64,000 nt of DNA, taken from a virus. Lineage: Duplodnaviria; Caudoviricetes. This document shows, piece after piece, positions 51,376 to 60,608 of the stretch. How positions within the stretch are numbered: position 1 is the first letter of the stretch; each line of letters opens with the position of its first letter. Made by a program: the position numbers and the translations under genes. The notes beneath the pieces were generated by a model, which was given only the letters and a program-made list of their open reading frames with translations, ran no database searches and was not told where the DNA came from. Location: IMG/VR virus record IMGVR_UViG_3300037193_001172, positions 740 through 64,739 of that record. One strand, given 5' to 3'.

Positions 51376-52809
51376 TTAGCCAAAAGCACCGCGTTTTGAG
51401 GTAGGTTTTGGCGCGGCCATGATGTCGCGCAGACGCAGGCTGGATGTGCGATCGCTCATCGCCTGGCCGTCTGCCCCTTGCAGCGGCATCGGTCGACCCA
51501 CCAGGTTGCGTTCGATCAGCCACGCACCGAACGTCATCAGCGCGTCCGTGGGGTGACTCGTCCAGTCGTGCACAGGCACCTTGGACATGATCTTGCGTTC
51601 CTGGTCGAACTCGAAGCGGTACTGCGACAGCGCATCCATGATGTGCGTGCAGTCCTCGCGCTCGTCATCGACCGCCTTGTCTTCGATCAGGTTGATTTCC
51701 ATCTGCCGGATCAGGAAGCTGCCGGCTGCGATGCTCTCGCTCTTGGCGAGCTTGGGCACGCGATCGAACGTGATGCCGAGCTTCTTGCCCTGCGCGAACC
51801 ACGAAGTAGCATTGCCGCCACCGCGATGGATCACGTCATGCGGGCCGATGTGCTTGGCGTAGTAGTACGGCTTCTTGGCCATCACTTCGGCGTAGTGGTC
51901 GATGCCGTTGTCGGTAGCCGAGTACCAGTCGATCAGGCGCGGCGTGTTGCCGATGATCTGCCAGAACAGGATGTAGGTCGGATCGCCAGCGCCCAGATCC
52001 CATGACGTGTAGACCGGGTAGCGCGGATCGTACTTGAACTGCGCGCAGCGGCCGGTCTCGCGAAGGATCTTGATCTCCGCGCCGAACACGGCGCCGATGA
52101 TCGCGGCATCCCACGAGCTGAGATATTCCTGCTCGAACAGCGCCTCGCCGAACGCGGTACCGTACGTGCGGAGGTAGAACAGCCGCTCGGCGGCCAGCTG
52201 CTCAGGCGTGAACACGTCGGTGTCGCGCGCACTCAGCAGCTCGGCGAAGCCATCAGGATCGGCTTCGGCACCCTTGAAAATGTCGTGGAAGGTGTTGCGG
52301 CCGCGCGTCGAGGAAATGAACCACTCGAAGCCGTTGTTCTCCGAGATAATCGGGCGAAACAGGCCGAACGCCATCGGATTGGCGAGCGCAGCTTCGGAGT
52401 ACGCGATGCCAACGGGCGCCGAGCCGACCATGCTGTCTGCGTTGTCGGAGCCGAACAGCTGATACGTCGAGCCGTTCTTGAACGTGAGTTTCATCGACTG
52501 GTTGTCGACGTGCCCGATGATCTCGTCGGGGAACCAGTCGTTCCAGCGCTTGCGCCCGGTCTTCGGGTTGATGCCATCCCAGATTGCGCGGCGCGCCTGT
52601 TCCTGCTTGACCAGGCAGTGCCAGTAGTTGCCGACGCGCTCCATCGCGCGCACAGCGAACGCGTGGCCCGCCATGTCGTCCTTGCCCGCGCGACGATGCC
52701 AGGCCAGTGCAGCGCGGCGCTTGCGCCGGTTGCCGGCCATCGCGTGCCACGCCGGCAACTGGTAGTTGCGAGGGCGCCAGCCGCGTGCTGGGAGGTCGAT
52801 CGCAGTCAT
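51376..52809 (-). CDS. terL: Terminase large subunit
   Basis: PRNYQ, WHRRAGKD, ISSTRGRN, EQEY, SWDLG..D, HDWTSHPTDA. Confidence 0.95.
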   Translation of the reverse strand: MTAIDLPARGWRPRNYQLPAWHAMAGNRRKRRAALAWHRRAGKDDMAGHAFAVRAMERVGNYWHCLVKQEQARRAIWDGINPKTGRKRWNDWFPDEIIGHVDNQSMKLTFKNGSTYQLFGSDNADSMVGSAPVGIAYSEAALANPMAFGLFRPIISENNGFEWFISSTRGRNTFHDIFKGAEADPDGFAELLSARDTDVFTPEQLAAERLFYLRTYGTAFGEALFEQEYLSSWDAAIIGAVFGAEIKILRETGRCAQFKYDPRYPVYTSWDLGAGDPTYILFWQIIGNTPRLIDWYSATDNGIDHYAEVMAKKPYYYAKHIGPHDVIHRGGGNATSWFAQGKKLGITFDRVPKLAKSESIAAGSFLIRQMEINLIEDKAVDDEREDCTHIMDALSQYRFEFDQERKIMSKVPVHDWTSHPTDALMTFGAWLIERNLVGRPMPLQGADGQAMSDRTSSLRLRDIMAAPKPTSKRGAFG

Positions 52810-53141
52810 TCCGCTTCTCGATAGTCGCTCGCGAGTTTTCGGATCAACCCGGAAACTTGCCGCGTCAGGGACTTCACCTGCGCCAATGTCTGAGCATTAG
52901 TAGGCGAGACGTTTGCGAGAAACACCTTGTTGGCTGCAAGCGCCTCACGAAGACGATCTTCGACTGTGCGCTCATTCTGCTCTGCCGTAAGCGCTGCCGT
53001 TTCTTCCGATGTCAGCGTGCGGTCTTCGATTAGCAAAAGCCCCGCACCGTTATCGCGAAATAGCCGATATCGATTAGCCGCAAGGTCGATTACCTCGCGT
53101 TCGATTAGCGCCCCTTCACGATAGGTTTCGTTAGTTGGCAT
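52806..53141 (-). CDS. Fibre-associated small protein (chaperone-like), lower GC
   Basis: 111 aa directly after the collagen fibre; ALAANKVFLA..SPTNAQ..AQVKSLTRQ. Confidence 0.6.
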   Translation of the reverse strand: MPTNETYREGALIEREVIDLAANRYRLFRDNGAGLLLIEDRTLTSEETAALTAEQNERTVEDRLREALAANKVFLANVSPTNAQTLAQVKSLTRQVSGLIRKLASDYREAE

Positions 53142-53144
53142 GGC

Positions 53145-54329
53145 TCACTGAGTCCACTGAGACAATAGAACATAGGCCATCGGAGTTGACGAACCGCTCG
53201 TATCAACCCAAGCGGTTCCTGGGGACTCCGCTGGTCCCCACGCTACGTTGGCTGACATCGTATTCCTCAAGTTGATTACTGAGGACAGGATCGGAGTTCC
53301 GCTAATAGGCGATCCTCGGCTGCTGGTAAAAGATGGCGGAGCAGCAGAAGCATCCGTCTGAAGTCTTCCGAGATAACATCCAGGAGGAAGGACCAAAGAC
53401 AACCCTGTGATAGAGCGCACTCCGTTCGATACATCCACGGTAACTGTTCCAGCATCGAGCAACAGCACGCCGGGTTGCCAGAACTCATCGGCTGCATATA
53501 CAGAGAAGCGTACTTGCGCTCCAGCCGTGGAAGAGAAGGCTGAGACTCTTCCCATGAGTCCTGTGATCGTGACTTGTTTCGACACGATGAAAGGATGGTA
53601 GTACGCCCTGGACGCAGCTAACGCCAACCCTACGTTGGAAGAGAAGACCACACCAGGCCAACCGAAGTCTGCCGGTGCACGTGGGTGCATGAACAACGCA
53701 TCCGCGCCTTCTGGTCCGGTTGGGCCGGTATCTCCTTGTGGTCCTGTTGCACCCGCCGGGCCTTGCGCACCCGTGGCCCCTGTTGCGCCTGTGTCTCCTT
53801 GTGGCCCTGTTGCGCCCACAGGGCCCTGCGGTCCGGTTGCGCCCTGCGGTCCGGTTGCGCCCTGCGGCCCTTGCGCACCAGTGTCGCCTTGCGCACCTGT
53901 CGGACCTGTTGCGCCTTGCGCACCTGTCGGACCCGTTGCGCCCTGCGGCCCTTGTGCCCCGGTGTCGCCCTGCGGCCCTGCCGGGCCTGTTGCGCCTTGC
54001 GCACCTGTCGCGCCAACAGGGCCTTGCGCACCTGTCGCGCCAACAGGGCCTGTGTCCCCTTGCGGACCTGCTGGGCCAAACGGTCCACGCGGCCCCGTCG
54101 GTCCTACTGCACCTTGCAGTCCCTGCAAGCCTTGCGGTCCGATCGGACCCTGCGGTCCGACGGCGAAGGCTTCCTCGCACGGAATATAGAGGCCGTCGGT
54201 TTCCAGGCGGATGCAATTGCCTTCGTTTTGCGACACCGGGATATGGATCGGGTCGATCTTCTCCGAGCAGTCCATCGGCTCGAAGCCAAACGGCGTGCTC
54301 TTGACCGGAGTGCGGAACTTGCGAGTCAT
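53145..54329 (-). CDS. Collagen-like fibre protein with lower-GC C-terminal head
   Basis: About 50 Gly-X-Y triplets (GPQ/GAT/GDT); N-terminal S..EGNC.RL..DGLYI anchor. Confidence 0.9.
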   Translation of the reverse strand: MTRKFRTPVKSTPFGFEPMDCSEKIDPIHIPVSQNEGNCIRLETDGLYIPCEEAFAVGPQGPIGPQGLQGLQGAVGPTGPRGPFGPAGPQGDTGPVGATGAQGPVGATGAQGATGPAGPQGDTGAQGPQGATGPTGAQGATGPTGAQGDTGAQGPQGATGPQGATGPQGPVGATGPQGDTGATGATGAQGPAGATGPQGDTGPTGPEGADALFMHPRAPADFGWPGVVFSSNVGLALAASRAYYHPFIVSKQVTITGLMGRVSAFSSTAGAQVRFSVYAADEFWQPGVLLLDAGTVTVDVSNGVRSITGLSLVLPPGCYLGRLQTDASAAPPSFTSSRGSPISGTPILSSVINLRNTMSANVAWGPAESPGTAWVDTSGSSTPMAYVLLSQWTQ

Positions 54330-54934
54330 CAGGCCAGCGGCTCCACGCTCAGCGCGTAGGTGTCACAGGGCAATGCTTCCTCGAACTCGAACACCACGGT
54401 CGTTGTCGCCGCCGGCTGTGTCGAGAGCAAGTCACCGTAGCTGTTGTGCAGCCGCACTGGTCCGGTTGGCAGCACACTGAAGACCACAGTGAGTGTCGTG
54501 CCGGTGACATCGAGCGTCGCGCTCGTCACCGTCTCGCCGTCGACGCCGAGCTGGTACTCGGCAGCGTACGGCGCGAGTGCGCCGACGATGACGTGGCCGA
54601 GTAGCCCCTCGGGATCGCAGCACACCTGCACTTCCGTGCCCACGCCTGGCGTCGGAGTGTGCGTCGGCACGAAGCCAGGCGCACGGCACAGGTCCAGGAA
54701 GACCGTGGCGTTGAAGCAGCCACACGAAGTCTTGACGTTGAGCGTCCAGACGCCGCGCTTCGCATCCGCTGGGATGCCCGAGATCGCGAGCTGCTGCGTT
54801 GGCACGTCGAGCGTCGCGACCAGCGTCAGCGTGTCCGCGCCGCAGCGCGTCAGCGTGGCCTCGAACGGCCCCGCACCGGCGCAAGCCGGTAGGTACAGCG
54901 GCACGGTCAGCGGATCGCAGTCGATGATTACCAC
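54329..54934 (-). CDS. Cys-rich beta-sandwich virion protein (201 aa)
   Basis: GTG 54934 with GGAG RBS; the longer ORF-track start runs through other genes. Confidence 0.6.
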   Translation of the reverse strand: MVIIDCDPLTVPLYLPACAGAGPFEATLTRCGADTLTLVATLDVPTQQLAISGIPADAKRGVWTLNVKTSCGCFNATVFLDLCRAPGFVPTHTPTPGVGTEVQVCCDPEGLLGHVIVGALAPYAAEYQLGVDGETVTSATLDVTGTTLTVVFSVLPTGPVRLHNSYGDLLSTQPAATTTVVFEFEEALPCDTYALSVEPLA

Positions 54935-55101
54935 ACCAGTGCTCCCACGACGAGGCCGACCAGGCCGGTGGCGGTCGCCACTACGATACCGCGAATCGCC
55001 GCGCAGCACGGGCACTCGGGCACGAGCGAGGCGAGGAAGTCGCCGATCGGCGCCGTCCACGCGGGGCGGCCTTCGACGCAGGGGTTGTATTTGCCGAGCA
55101 T
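54928..55101 (-). CDS. Small membrane protein with CPCC motif (57 aa), absent from the ORF track
   Basis: RBS AAGGAG; MLGKYNPC...[30 protein letters not shown]. Confidence 0.65.
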   Translation of the reverse strand: MLGKYNPCVEGRPAWTAPIGDFLASLVPECPCCAAIRGIVVATATGLVGLVVGALVW

Positions 55102-55112
55102 GACGGGCTCCT

Positions 55113-57110
55113 TTAGACCACGACCATATCGAGGACAGACGACACCGTGTCGGCGCTGAACGCCGCGTCGAGCGTGCCGTCTGCGTTGAGGCGTGCGAAG
55201 TTGTTGCGTGCCACGCCGTTGACCAGGCTGATGAAGCCACCAATGAGGATCTTGCCGTCGGGCTGCACCCGGATGTTCTCGACGCGGCTACCGCTCAGCA
55301 CCGGGTTGAAGCCGGCATCGAGCGTGCCGTCGCTGTTGAGGCGTGCGATGAGCGTGCGTGCGCTACCGTTGACGTTGGCGAACTCGCCGCCGATGAGGAT
55401 CTTGCCGTCGGTCTGGATCTGCACCGCGTATAGGAAGCTGTCGGGCGTCGGGTTGAACGCCGCATCCAGGCTGCCATCGGTGTTGAGCCGTTCGATGAAG
55501 CCGGTGAACCAGCCGGCGACGACCGTCTTGCCGTCGGCCTGCTGCGCGATCTCCATCACCGTGTTGTCGAAGCTAGGCGGGATGAACGTGGCATCGAGGC
55601 TGCCGTCGCTGTCGAGCCGCGCGACGCGATCGCGCGATGTCGCGTCGACCGTGGTGAAGTCGCCGCCGATGACGATCTTGCCGTCGGCTTGCGCTACGAG
55701 CGAGCGCACGCCGCCATTGACGTTCGGCGTGAACCCCGCCACGAGCGCACCCGTCGTTGCATCGAGCACGGCGACGCGGCTGATCGCACCGATGAAGGTG
55801 CCGCCGGCCACGACGTTGTTGTCCGCGCGGATGCCGAGCGCACGCACCGTGAAGCCGCCAGGAATCGGCGGGTTGAACACCGCATCGAGCGTGCCGTCTG
55901 CGTTGATACGCGCGACTTGCGAGCGCGACGTGCCGTTGATGAGCGTGAATCCGCCCCCGACGAGGTACTTCCCGTCGGCCTGCTTCGCCACCGCGTTGAC
56001 CTGGGAGTCCGCCGTCGGGTTGAACGTCGCGTCGTGCGCACCGGTCGTGAGGTTGAGCTTGGCGATGCGCTGGTGCGCGCCGCCGCCGAGCGTGGTGAAC
56101 CCGCCGCCGACGAGCAGCGCCGCCGGAGCGGGCGGTGCAGCCGGGGTGACGTTGATCGTGTCGGTCACGTCGGTGTAGTTGCTGTTCGCATCGGTCACGC
56201 TGACCGTCACCACGACGCCAGTCGCGGCCGCGGGCGGCGTACCGGTGATGGCGCCGGTGGCCGGGTTGACGCTGAGCCAAGCCGGGCCTGCCACCTTGGC
56301 GAACGTGTACGGCAGCGTGCCGCCGGTGGCATTTGTGTCGGCCACGTACGCGACGCCAGCCTGCGCATCGGGCAGCGCGAGCGGGTTGAACACTGCGGCC
56401 AGGTTGACGATCTCGACGACGTTGATCGTGTCGGTCACGTCATCGGTCGCGGCCGACTGGTCCGTGGCGCGCACCGTGACGGTGATCCCCGCGCCGATCA
56501 CGTCCGGCGTGCCGGTGATGGCACCCGTGTTGAGGTCGACGTTGAGCCAGGCTGGCCCTGCGATCTTCGTGTACGTCGCCGGCTGGTCGCCGTGGATCGA
56601 GCTCGTGCCGGCGTTGTACGGCACGCCGACGGTGCCGTTGAGCAGCGCAGCCGGGTTGAAGAACGCGGTGAGCGCGAGCGGCGCGGTGATGTCGATCGTC
56701 TGCGTCACGACCGCCGTGTCCATATCGGCGTCCGTCACCTGCACCGAGACCGTGGTCCCCAGACCCGTGGCGTCCGGCGTGCCGGTCAGCGCCCCGGTGA
56801 CGGGATCGACGCTCAGCCAGGCGGGGCCTGCGAGCTTGGCGAAGGCGTACGGCGCCGTGCCGTGGGCGCCGCCGGTGTCGGCGACGTACGGCACGCCGAC
56901 GACGGCATCCGGCAACGTGGTCGGGATGAAGAAAGCGGCGAGTGGGATCTCGCCGCTGCCACATCGATCGATACCGAGCAACGCCATCATGAGCCTCGTG
57001 ATTGAGTAGAAACCAACTGCCAGTACAACGAAGGCTGCGATGACGACGAGAACAGCGCTGAGCGAATAGCCTGCGAGAGAAGGGACGGCTTCATGGATGA
57101 TATCCAGCAT
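55113..57110 (-). CDS. Protein with 3 He_PIG Ig domains and a delta-60 repeat beta-propeller; N-terminal hydrophobic segment
   Basis: Three GPAWL.V...TGAxTGTP repeats; about 6 QxDGKIxxGGxF...ARLNxDGTLDxxF repeats. Confidence 0.88.
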   Translation of the reverse strand: MLDIIHEAVPSLAGYSLSAVLVVIAAFVVLAVGFYSITRLMMALLGIDRCGSGEIPLAAFFIPTTLPDAVVGVPYVADTGGAHGTAPYAFAKLAGPAWLSVDPVTGALTGTPDATGLGTTVSVQVTDADMDTAVVTQTIDITAPLALTAFFNPAALLNGTVGVPYNAGTSSIHGDQPATYTKIAGPAWLNVDLNTGAITGTPDVIGAGITVTVRATDQSAATDDVTDTINVVEIVNLAAVFNPLALPDAQAGVAYVADTNATGGTLPYTFAKVAGPAWLSVNPATGAITGTPPAAATGVVVTVSVTDANSNYTDVTDTINVTPAAPPAPAALLVGGGFTTLGGGAHQRIAKLNLTTGAHDATFNPTADSQVNAVAKQADGKYLVGGGFTLINGTSRSQVARINADGTLDAVFNPPIPGGFTVRALGIRADNNVVAGGTFIGAISRVAVLDATTGALVAGFTPNVNGGVRSLVAQADGKIVIGGDFTTVDATSRDRVARLDSDGSLDATFIPPSFDNTVMEIAQQADGKTVVAGWFTGFIERLNTDGSLDAAFNPTPDSFLYAVQIQTDGKILIGGEFANVNGSARTLIARLNSDGTLDAGFNPVLSGSRVENIRVQPDGKILIGGFISLVNGVARNNFARLNADGTLDAAFSADTVSSVLDMVVV

Positions 57111-57609
57111 GGCAGATGCTCAGCGCGGTCTGGAGGTCTTTGATTTGGGTGTCGGCGTCTCGGAAGAGTCGTACAAGATTTGCCGCCCCTTCTTCTCGTA
57201 GTCGGGCGAGACCATCAGACTCGGCGGGATCGCTTGCGGCTCCGGACAGACTTCTTTGGCAACCTTGCCACTGGGCGCGCAGCTTGAGAGAGCCAGCACG
57301 CAGAGCAGCAACATCACGATCATACGCATCTTGACTCTCCTTCTTGTGTGCCTCGAACTGCTGGGCCAGCTCATCGTACTTCTGGCGCTGTAGCGCTTCC
57401 GAATCGCGCGCGACCTTTTCCGCGGCGGCCTGCGCTTCAGCGGCCTCGCGCGCGGCCTTCTTGTCCGCGGCCAGGTGCTTGTCGAACTTGGCCTGGATCT
57501 GCGCGCGACCATCGGCCTCGCCGCGGTTGTACGCCCAGGCGTAGGCGCCGTAGATCAGCCCGCCCCCGACTGCGAGGATGATGGCCCACTTGATGAGAAA
57601 GACGTTCAT
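57091..57609 (-). CDS. i-spanin (Rz-like)
   Basis: N-terminal TM, coiled coil, LRAGSLKL..C and ADxQIxxLQ. Confidence 0.85.
   Translation of the reverse strand: MNVFLIKWAIILAVGGGLIYGAYAWAYNRGEADGRAQIQAKFDKHLAADKKAAREAAEAQAAAEKVARDSEALQRQKYDELAQQFEAHKKESQDAYDRDVAALRAGSLKLRAQWQGCQRSLSGAASDPAESDGLARLREEGAANLVRLFRDADTQIKDLQTALSICHAGYHP
57120..57329 (-). CDS. o-spanin lipoprotein (Rz1-like) embedded in Rz
   Basis: Lipobox LSSC, Pro-rich CPEPQAIPPSLM, own GGAG RBS, alternate frame. Confidence 0.85.
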   Translation of the reverse strand: MRMIVMLLLCVLALSSCAPSGKVAKEVCPEPQAIPPSLMVSPDYEKKGRQILYDSSETPTPKSKTSRPR

Positions 57610-57670
57610 CTGTGCCTCCGTAGGCAGTCGATCGCGAGGCGCGCGAGCAGCAAGAGAGTGAGCAGCTGCT

Positions 57671-57889
57671 TCACTCGAAGCTCCCGCTGAAGATGCGCGG
57701 CTCGTCATGCAGCACGATGCTGCGTGTGCCAGGCGTGTAGGTCAGGCCGCGGACCTTGATGTGGATGCCGCTCGGCAGCGTGACGGTGAAGGTGGGCGGC
57801 GCCTGGGCTTTGGTTTTGGAGGAATACACCGTGCCGATCGCCGCCGCGAAGACGGCGATCAGCAACAGGATGGTCAGTTTGCGGTTCAT
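57671..57889 (-). CDS. Small exported protein (72 aa) ending RIFSGSFE
   Basis: Signal/TM MNRKLTILLLIAVFAAAIG; TGATG coupling. Confidence 0.7.
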   Translation of the reverse strand: MNRKLTILLLIAVFAAAIGTVYSSKTKAQAPPTFTVTLPSGIHIKVRGLTYTPGTRSIVLHDEPRIFSGSFE

Positions 57890-58344
57890 CAGTTGACCGT
57901 GTAGCCGCCGGTCCAGCCGATGATCCACTGGCCGTTGTGCCCGGTCAGCTTCAGCCCTTCACGGTTGACGCCGTTGAACGTGATCGTGTCCTCGGCCGTC
58001 GCACTGAACTGGTGCCACAGGATCTCGCTCGGCGTGACGACGGTGTGCGCTTGAGCCGTCGTGTCGTAGATCTCCAGCTGCTGGCCGTCGAACTGCGGCG
58101 CGGCGAGCGTGAAGGCGCCGGCCGTCGGCTTGGTGATGAAGGCGATCTTCGCGTCCGGTGCGATCGCGCCATCGGCGGCGTACTCGACGAACAGCGGCTC
58201 GGGATCATCGAACTGCATGACGAGGCTGTACTCGTCGTCGGTGCGCGTGATGCTGCCGACGGGGCGGTAGCCGTCGGCCACCAGCGCGTCGATGGACTTC
58301 TGGAGCGCAGCGAGCGACTGGCCTTGTGCGATCTTGGTGTTCAT
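57889..58344 (-). CDS. DUF1737-like N-terminus plus beta-rich structural domain
   Basis: LQKSIDALVADGYRPVGSI; YAADGAI...FTLAAP. Confidence 0.55.
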   Translation of the reverse strand: MNTKIAQGQSLAALQKSIDALVADGYRPVGSITRTDDEYSLVMQFDDPEPLFVEYAADGAIAPDAKIAFITKPTAGAFTLAAPQFDGQQLEIYDTTAQAHTVVTPSEILWHQFSATAEDTITFNGVNREGLKLTGHNGQWIIGWTGGYTVN

Positions 58345-59189
58345 GGTTGCCCCTTCTTGGTCTGGTGGACGACTGCGTAGATCGTGAGCCCGAGACCGAC
58401 GAGCACCAGCAGCAGACAGATCAGCTGCACGATCTGCCCTGCGGCGCCGAGCAGGTTCATCTGCTGCGCAGTCTCGGTGATGGCGGCGCCCGCGACGCCG
58501 GCCGTGGTGGCGACGGCGCCGGTGGCCGGGCGCTGCGCCGGGGTGCCCTGCGAGATTGCCGGCTGCGGCGGCACGGGCGTGATGCGCGTGTCGATCTTGG
58601 CAGCGATCTCAGCCTGGACTTCCGGTGGCGTATCGAGCGGCACCGCGGCCTGCTCGCGCGACACCGAGGTCTGGTACCCCTGCGTCCACAGCAGTGCCTC
58701 GGCCTCGCGCCGGATGGTCAACCCGTTCGACACCACGAGCTTGCCGCTGATCGTGGTCTTGTTCCAGCGCCGCATCTGGATCGGCACTTCGAGCGCGCGC
58801 TCGGGCGACATCAGTGCCTTGATGAAGTTCGTCTGCCGGCCGCCGGGGCTGACGTAGATCTGCGGCCCGGTGTTGAACGTCATCGAGAACAGCGCATCGT
58901 ACGCCGACTGCGGCAGCAGCTCGATGACGTGGTGCGGCACATGCCGGTAGATCGTGCGGATCGTCTCCTGCACATCCTCGGCGTACAGGCTCTCGGCCTC
59001 GGCCGGCGTGATCGTGCGCACCGGCATGGCGTGGCGCACGTTGCCCCAGCCGATCGTCGGCGTGCCGCGGAATTTGTGCCCTGGCTTGACGCGACGATGC
59101 CGCGGATCTGCGTCGTCGTAGGTGTGGAGGACGCGCTTCTCGAAGCGCCGTGCGAGTTCATGCCCTGCGTTGGTTACAGCACGTGTCAT
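58341..59189 (-). CDS. GH24 (T4-like) endolysin with C-terminal transmembrane helix
   Basis: RFE..VL..Y.D...TIGWG, YDALFSMTFNTG, RWNK...GL..RR.AEA.LW; C-terminal IVQLICLLLVLVGLGLTIYAVV. Confidence 0.9.
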   Translation of the reverse strand: MTRAVTNAGHELARRFEKRVLHTYDDADPRHRRVKPGHKFRGTPTIGWGNVRHAMPVRTITPAEAESLYAEDVQETIRTIYRHVPHHVIELLPQSAYDALFSMTFNTGPQIYVSPGGRQTNFIKALMSPERALEVPIQMRRWNKTTISGKLVVSNGLTIRREAEALLWTQGYQTSVSREQAAVPLDTPPEVQAEIAAKIDTRITPVPPQPAISQGTPAQRPATGAVATTAGVAGAAITETAQQMNLLGAAGQIVQLICLLLVLVGLGLTIYAVVHQTKKGQP

Positions 59190-59235
59190 GTCGTCCGCCT
59201 TTTTGGGTGGGGCGCGCATGGCGCAGGGCATGGTA

Positions 59236-59637
59236 TCAGACGAGCTTGCCGAGACTGAGCGTCGCGACGATTGTTGACTCCGGCATCGGCGAGAAATCGA
59301 CCGCGTGGCCGCCGATTGCATTGCGTTCGAGGCTGAGCGTGAGGTCGATGTGGTTCGGGTACACCGTCAGCGCCGCCGTGCCGGCGTGCGACTCGATCAC
59401 GTGCTCGCTCGGCCAGGTGGGGCCATTGGTTGCCGCTGCCCGTCGCCGCGACAGCGCGGCGGTACCAGCGCCGGAGATCGAGCCTGAGAGCACGAGGTCA
59501 TCGCCGTCGAGCCCGTGACCGTACAGCGCGAGCCAGATCGGCACGCCGGCTTCGTTGAAGAGCACGTACGCACCGAGACCAGGAGCGGAATATGCGGAAA
59601 GGTTCATGGTGCGCGGCTCCAGGTAGAGAGAAGGCAT
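59236..59637 (-). CDS. Hypothetical beta-rich protein
   Basis: ORF between TerS and endolysin; start may be ATG 59607. Confidence 0.6.
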   Translation of the reverse strand: MPSLYLEPRTMNLSAYSAPGLGAYVLFNEAGVPIWLALYGHGLDGDDLVLSGSISGAGTAALSRRRAAATNGPTWPSEHVIESHAGTAALTVYPNHIDLTLSLERNAIGGHAVDFSPMPESTIVATLSLGKLV

Positions 59638-59644
59638 CGGTGGG

Positions 59645-60148
59645 CTAGGCCAAGTCGTCTGCGAAGGAATCGACCACGTTTCCGAGCAGACGCGCCTGCG
59701 CCACTTGGGTGTGCTCGCCGGTGTGGGTCACGGTGTGGTTGTCGTCGGGCAGCGGGAACGCGGTGACGCGGATGGTCAGCGGCTCGCCGTCGCCGCCCGT
59801 GATCCGGCGCTTGTCGCCGAACACACGCTCGCGCCGGCCCTTGAGCAGCATGGTCAGCAGCGTGTCGCTGTACTCGATCTGGCTGTCGACGCGCTCGCCC
59901 TGGTAGAAGACGCCGCGTTCGATGCCTTCGAGCGCGCGACGGCGCGCTTCGAGCTCCAGGCGGTCGGCCGCTTCCTCTTCGGCCTCGCGGCACGCGATGT
60001 CGAACTCGGCGTTGTCGTCGCGCCACTTCTTCACCTGGCGCGTCGTCGTGCCGACGGCAGCGGCTGCGGTGCGTTCGAGCCCGTGGCGGCGCAGCTCGAT
60101 CACGTACGCGTCGAACCAATGCGGAGTTTCTGGTTGGGTCTCGATCAT
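59645..60148 (-). CDS. terS: Terminase small subunit
   Basis: AAAVG...WR..AEF...LE.EARRRA.EG...YSDTLL..LLKG; start could be as far upstream as 60184. Confidence 0.88.
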   Translation of the reverse strand: MIETQPETPHWFDAYVIELRRHGLERTAAAAVGTTTRQVKKWRDDNAEFDIACREAEEEAADRLELEARRRALEGIERGVFYQGERVDSQIEYSDTLLTMLLKGRRERVFGDKRRITGGDGEPLTIRVTAFPLPDDNHTVTHTGEHTQVAQARLLGNVVDSFADDLA

Positions 60149-60550
60149 GGGGGCGAGGGTAGGGTGTTTCGAGGTTTTTGGCAAATGTCAAGTAGCTGAT
60201 TGTTAAGGCATACAGTTTAGGTTTTGGGTGCAAATTGTGTTTGCCGCGAAAACCGCGGCCTAGGGGTATGCGGCACGGGGTAGGGTGTACATTTTATCCT
60301 TCAGGGCACCCCCTGCGGTCTGTACATTTTAAGTTTAGATTGCGACCTGGGGCTGCGGTGGAACGCAGGGCAGAAATCAAAATTGACGCATCGTAGATCC
60401 AACAACAGGCCGCCCGCTCCACCGGGTAGGGGGTGCACTTCGGCCCGCGCCTGGCCGAGCTCGCGCGCCTGGTGCCTCCTTCCCCTCGCGTCCCGCGCGC
60501 CGCGCCCTCCCGCCTGCGCCCTGCGGCTCGCTGCCTTCTGAAATTTTCTG

Positions 60551-60579
60551 TTGACTTTTGCGAAATACCTTCGTACATT
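60551..60579 (+). promoter_or_regulatory. Strong sigma70 early promoter
   Basis: TTGACT-17 nt-TACATT with AT-rich upstream sequence; GGAG RBS then ATG 60609. Confidence 0.85.
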
Positions 60580-60608
60580 TTAGACTCACCCAACACGGAG
60601 CCCCCGCC

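Noticed and set aside
53700-54170. Tandem nucleotide repeats resembling an array
   Set aside because: They encode Gly-X-Y triplets and have no repeat-spacer structure, so this is not CRISPR
53635-54359. + strand Pro/Cys/Gly repeat ORFs
   Set aside because: Antisense shadow of the collagen repeats
43576-57110. Diversity-generating retroelement acting on fibre genes
   Set aside because: No reverse transcriptase and no adenine-specific TR/VR pair seen; the repeats are protein domain repeats
57611-57627. TGTGCCT-ccgt-AGGCA resembling the 19-bp operator
   Set aside because: Four-nt spacer, incomplete second arm and no TTGACA; largely explained by the Rz RBS
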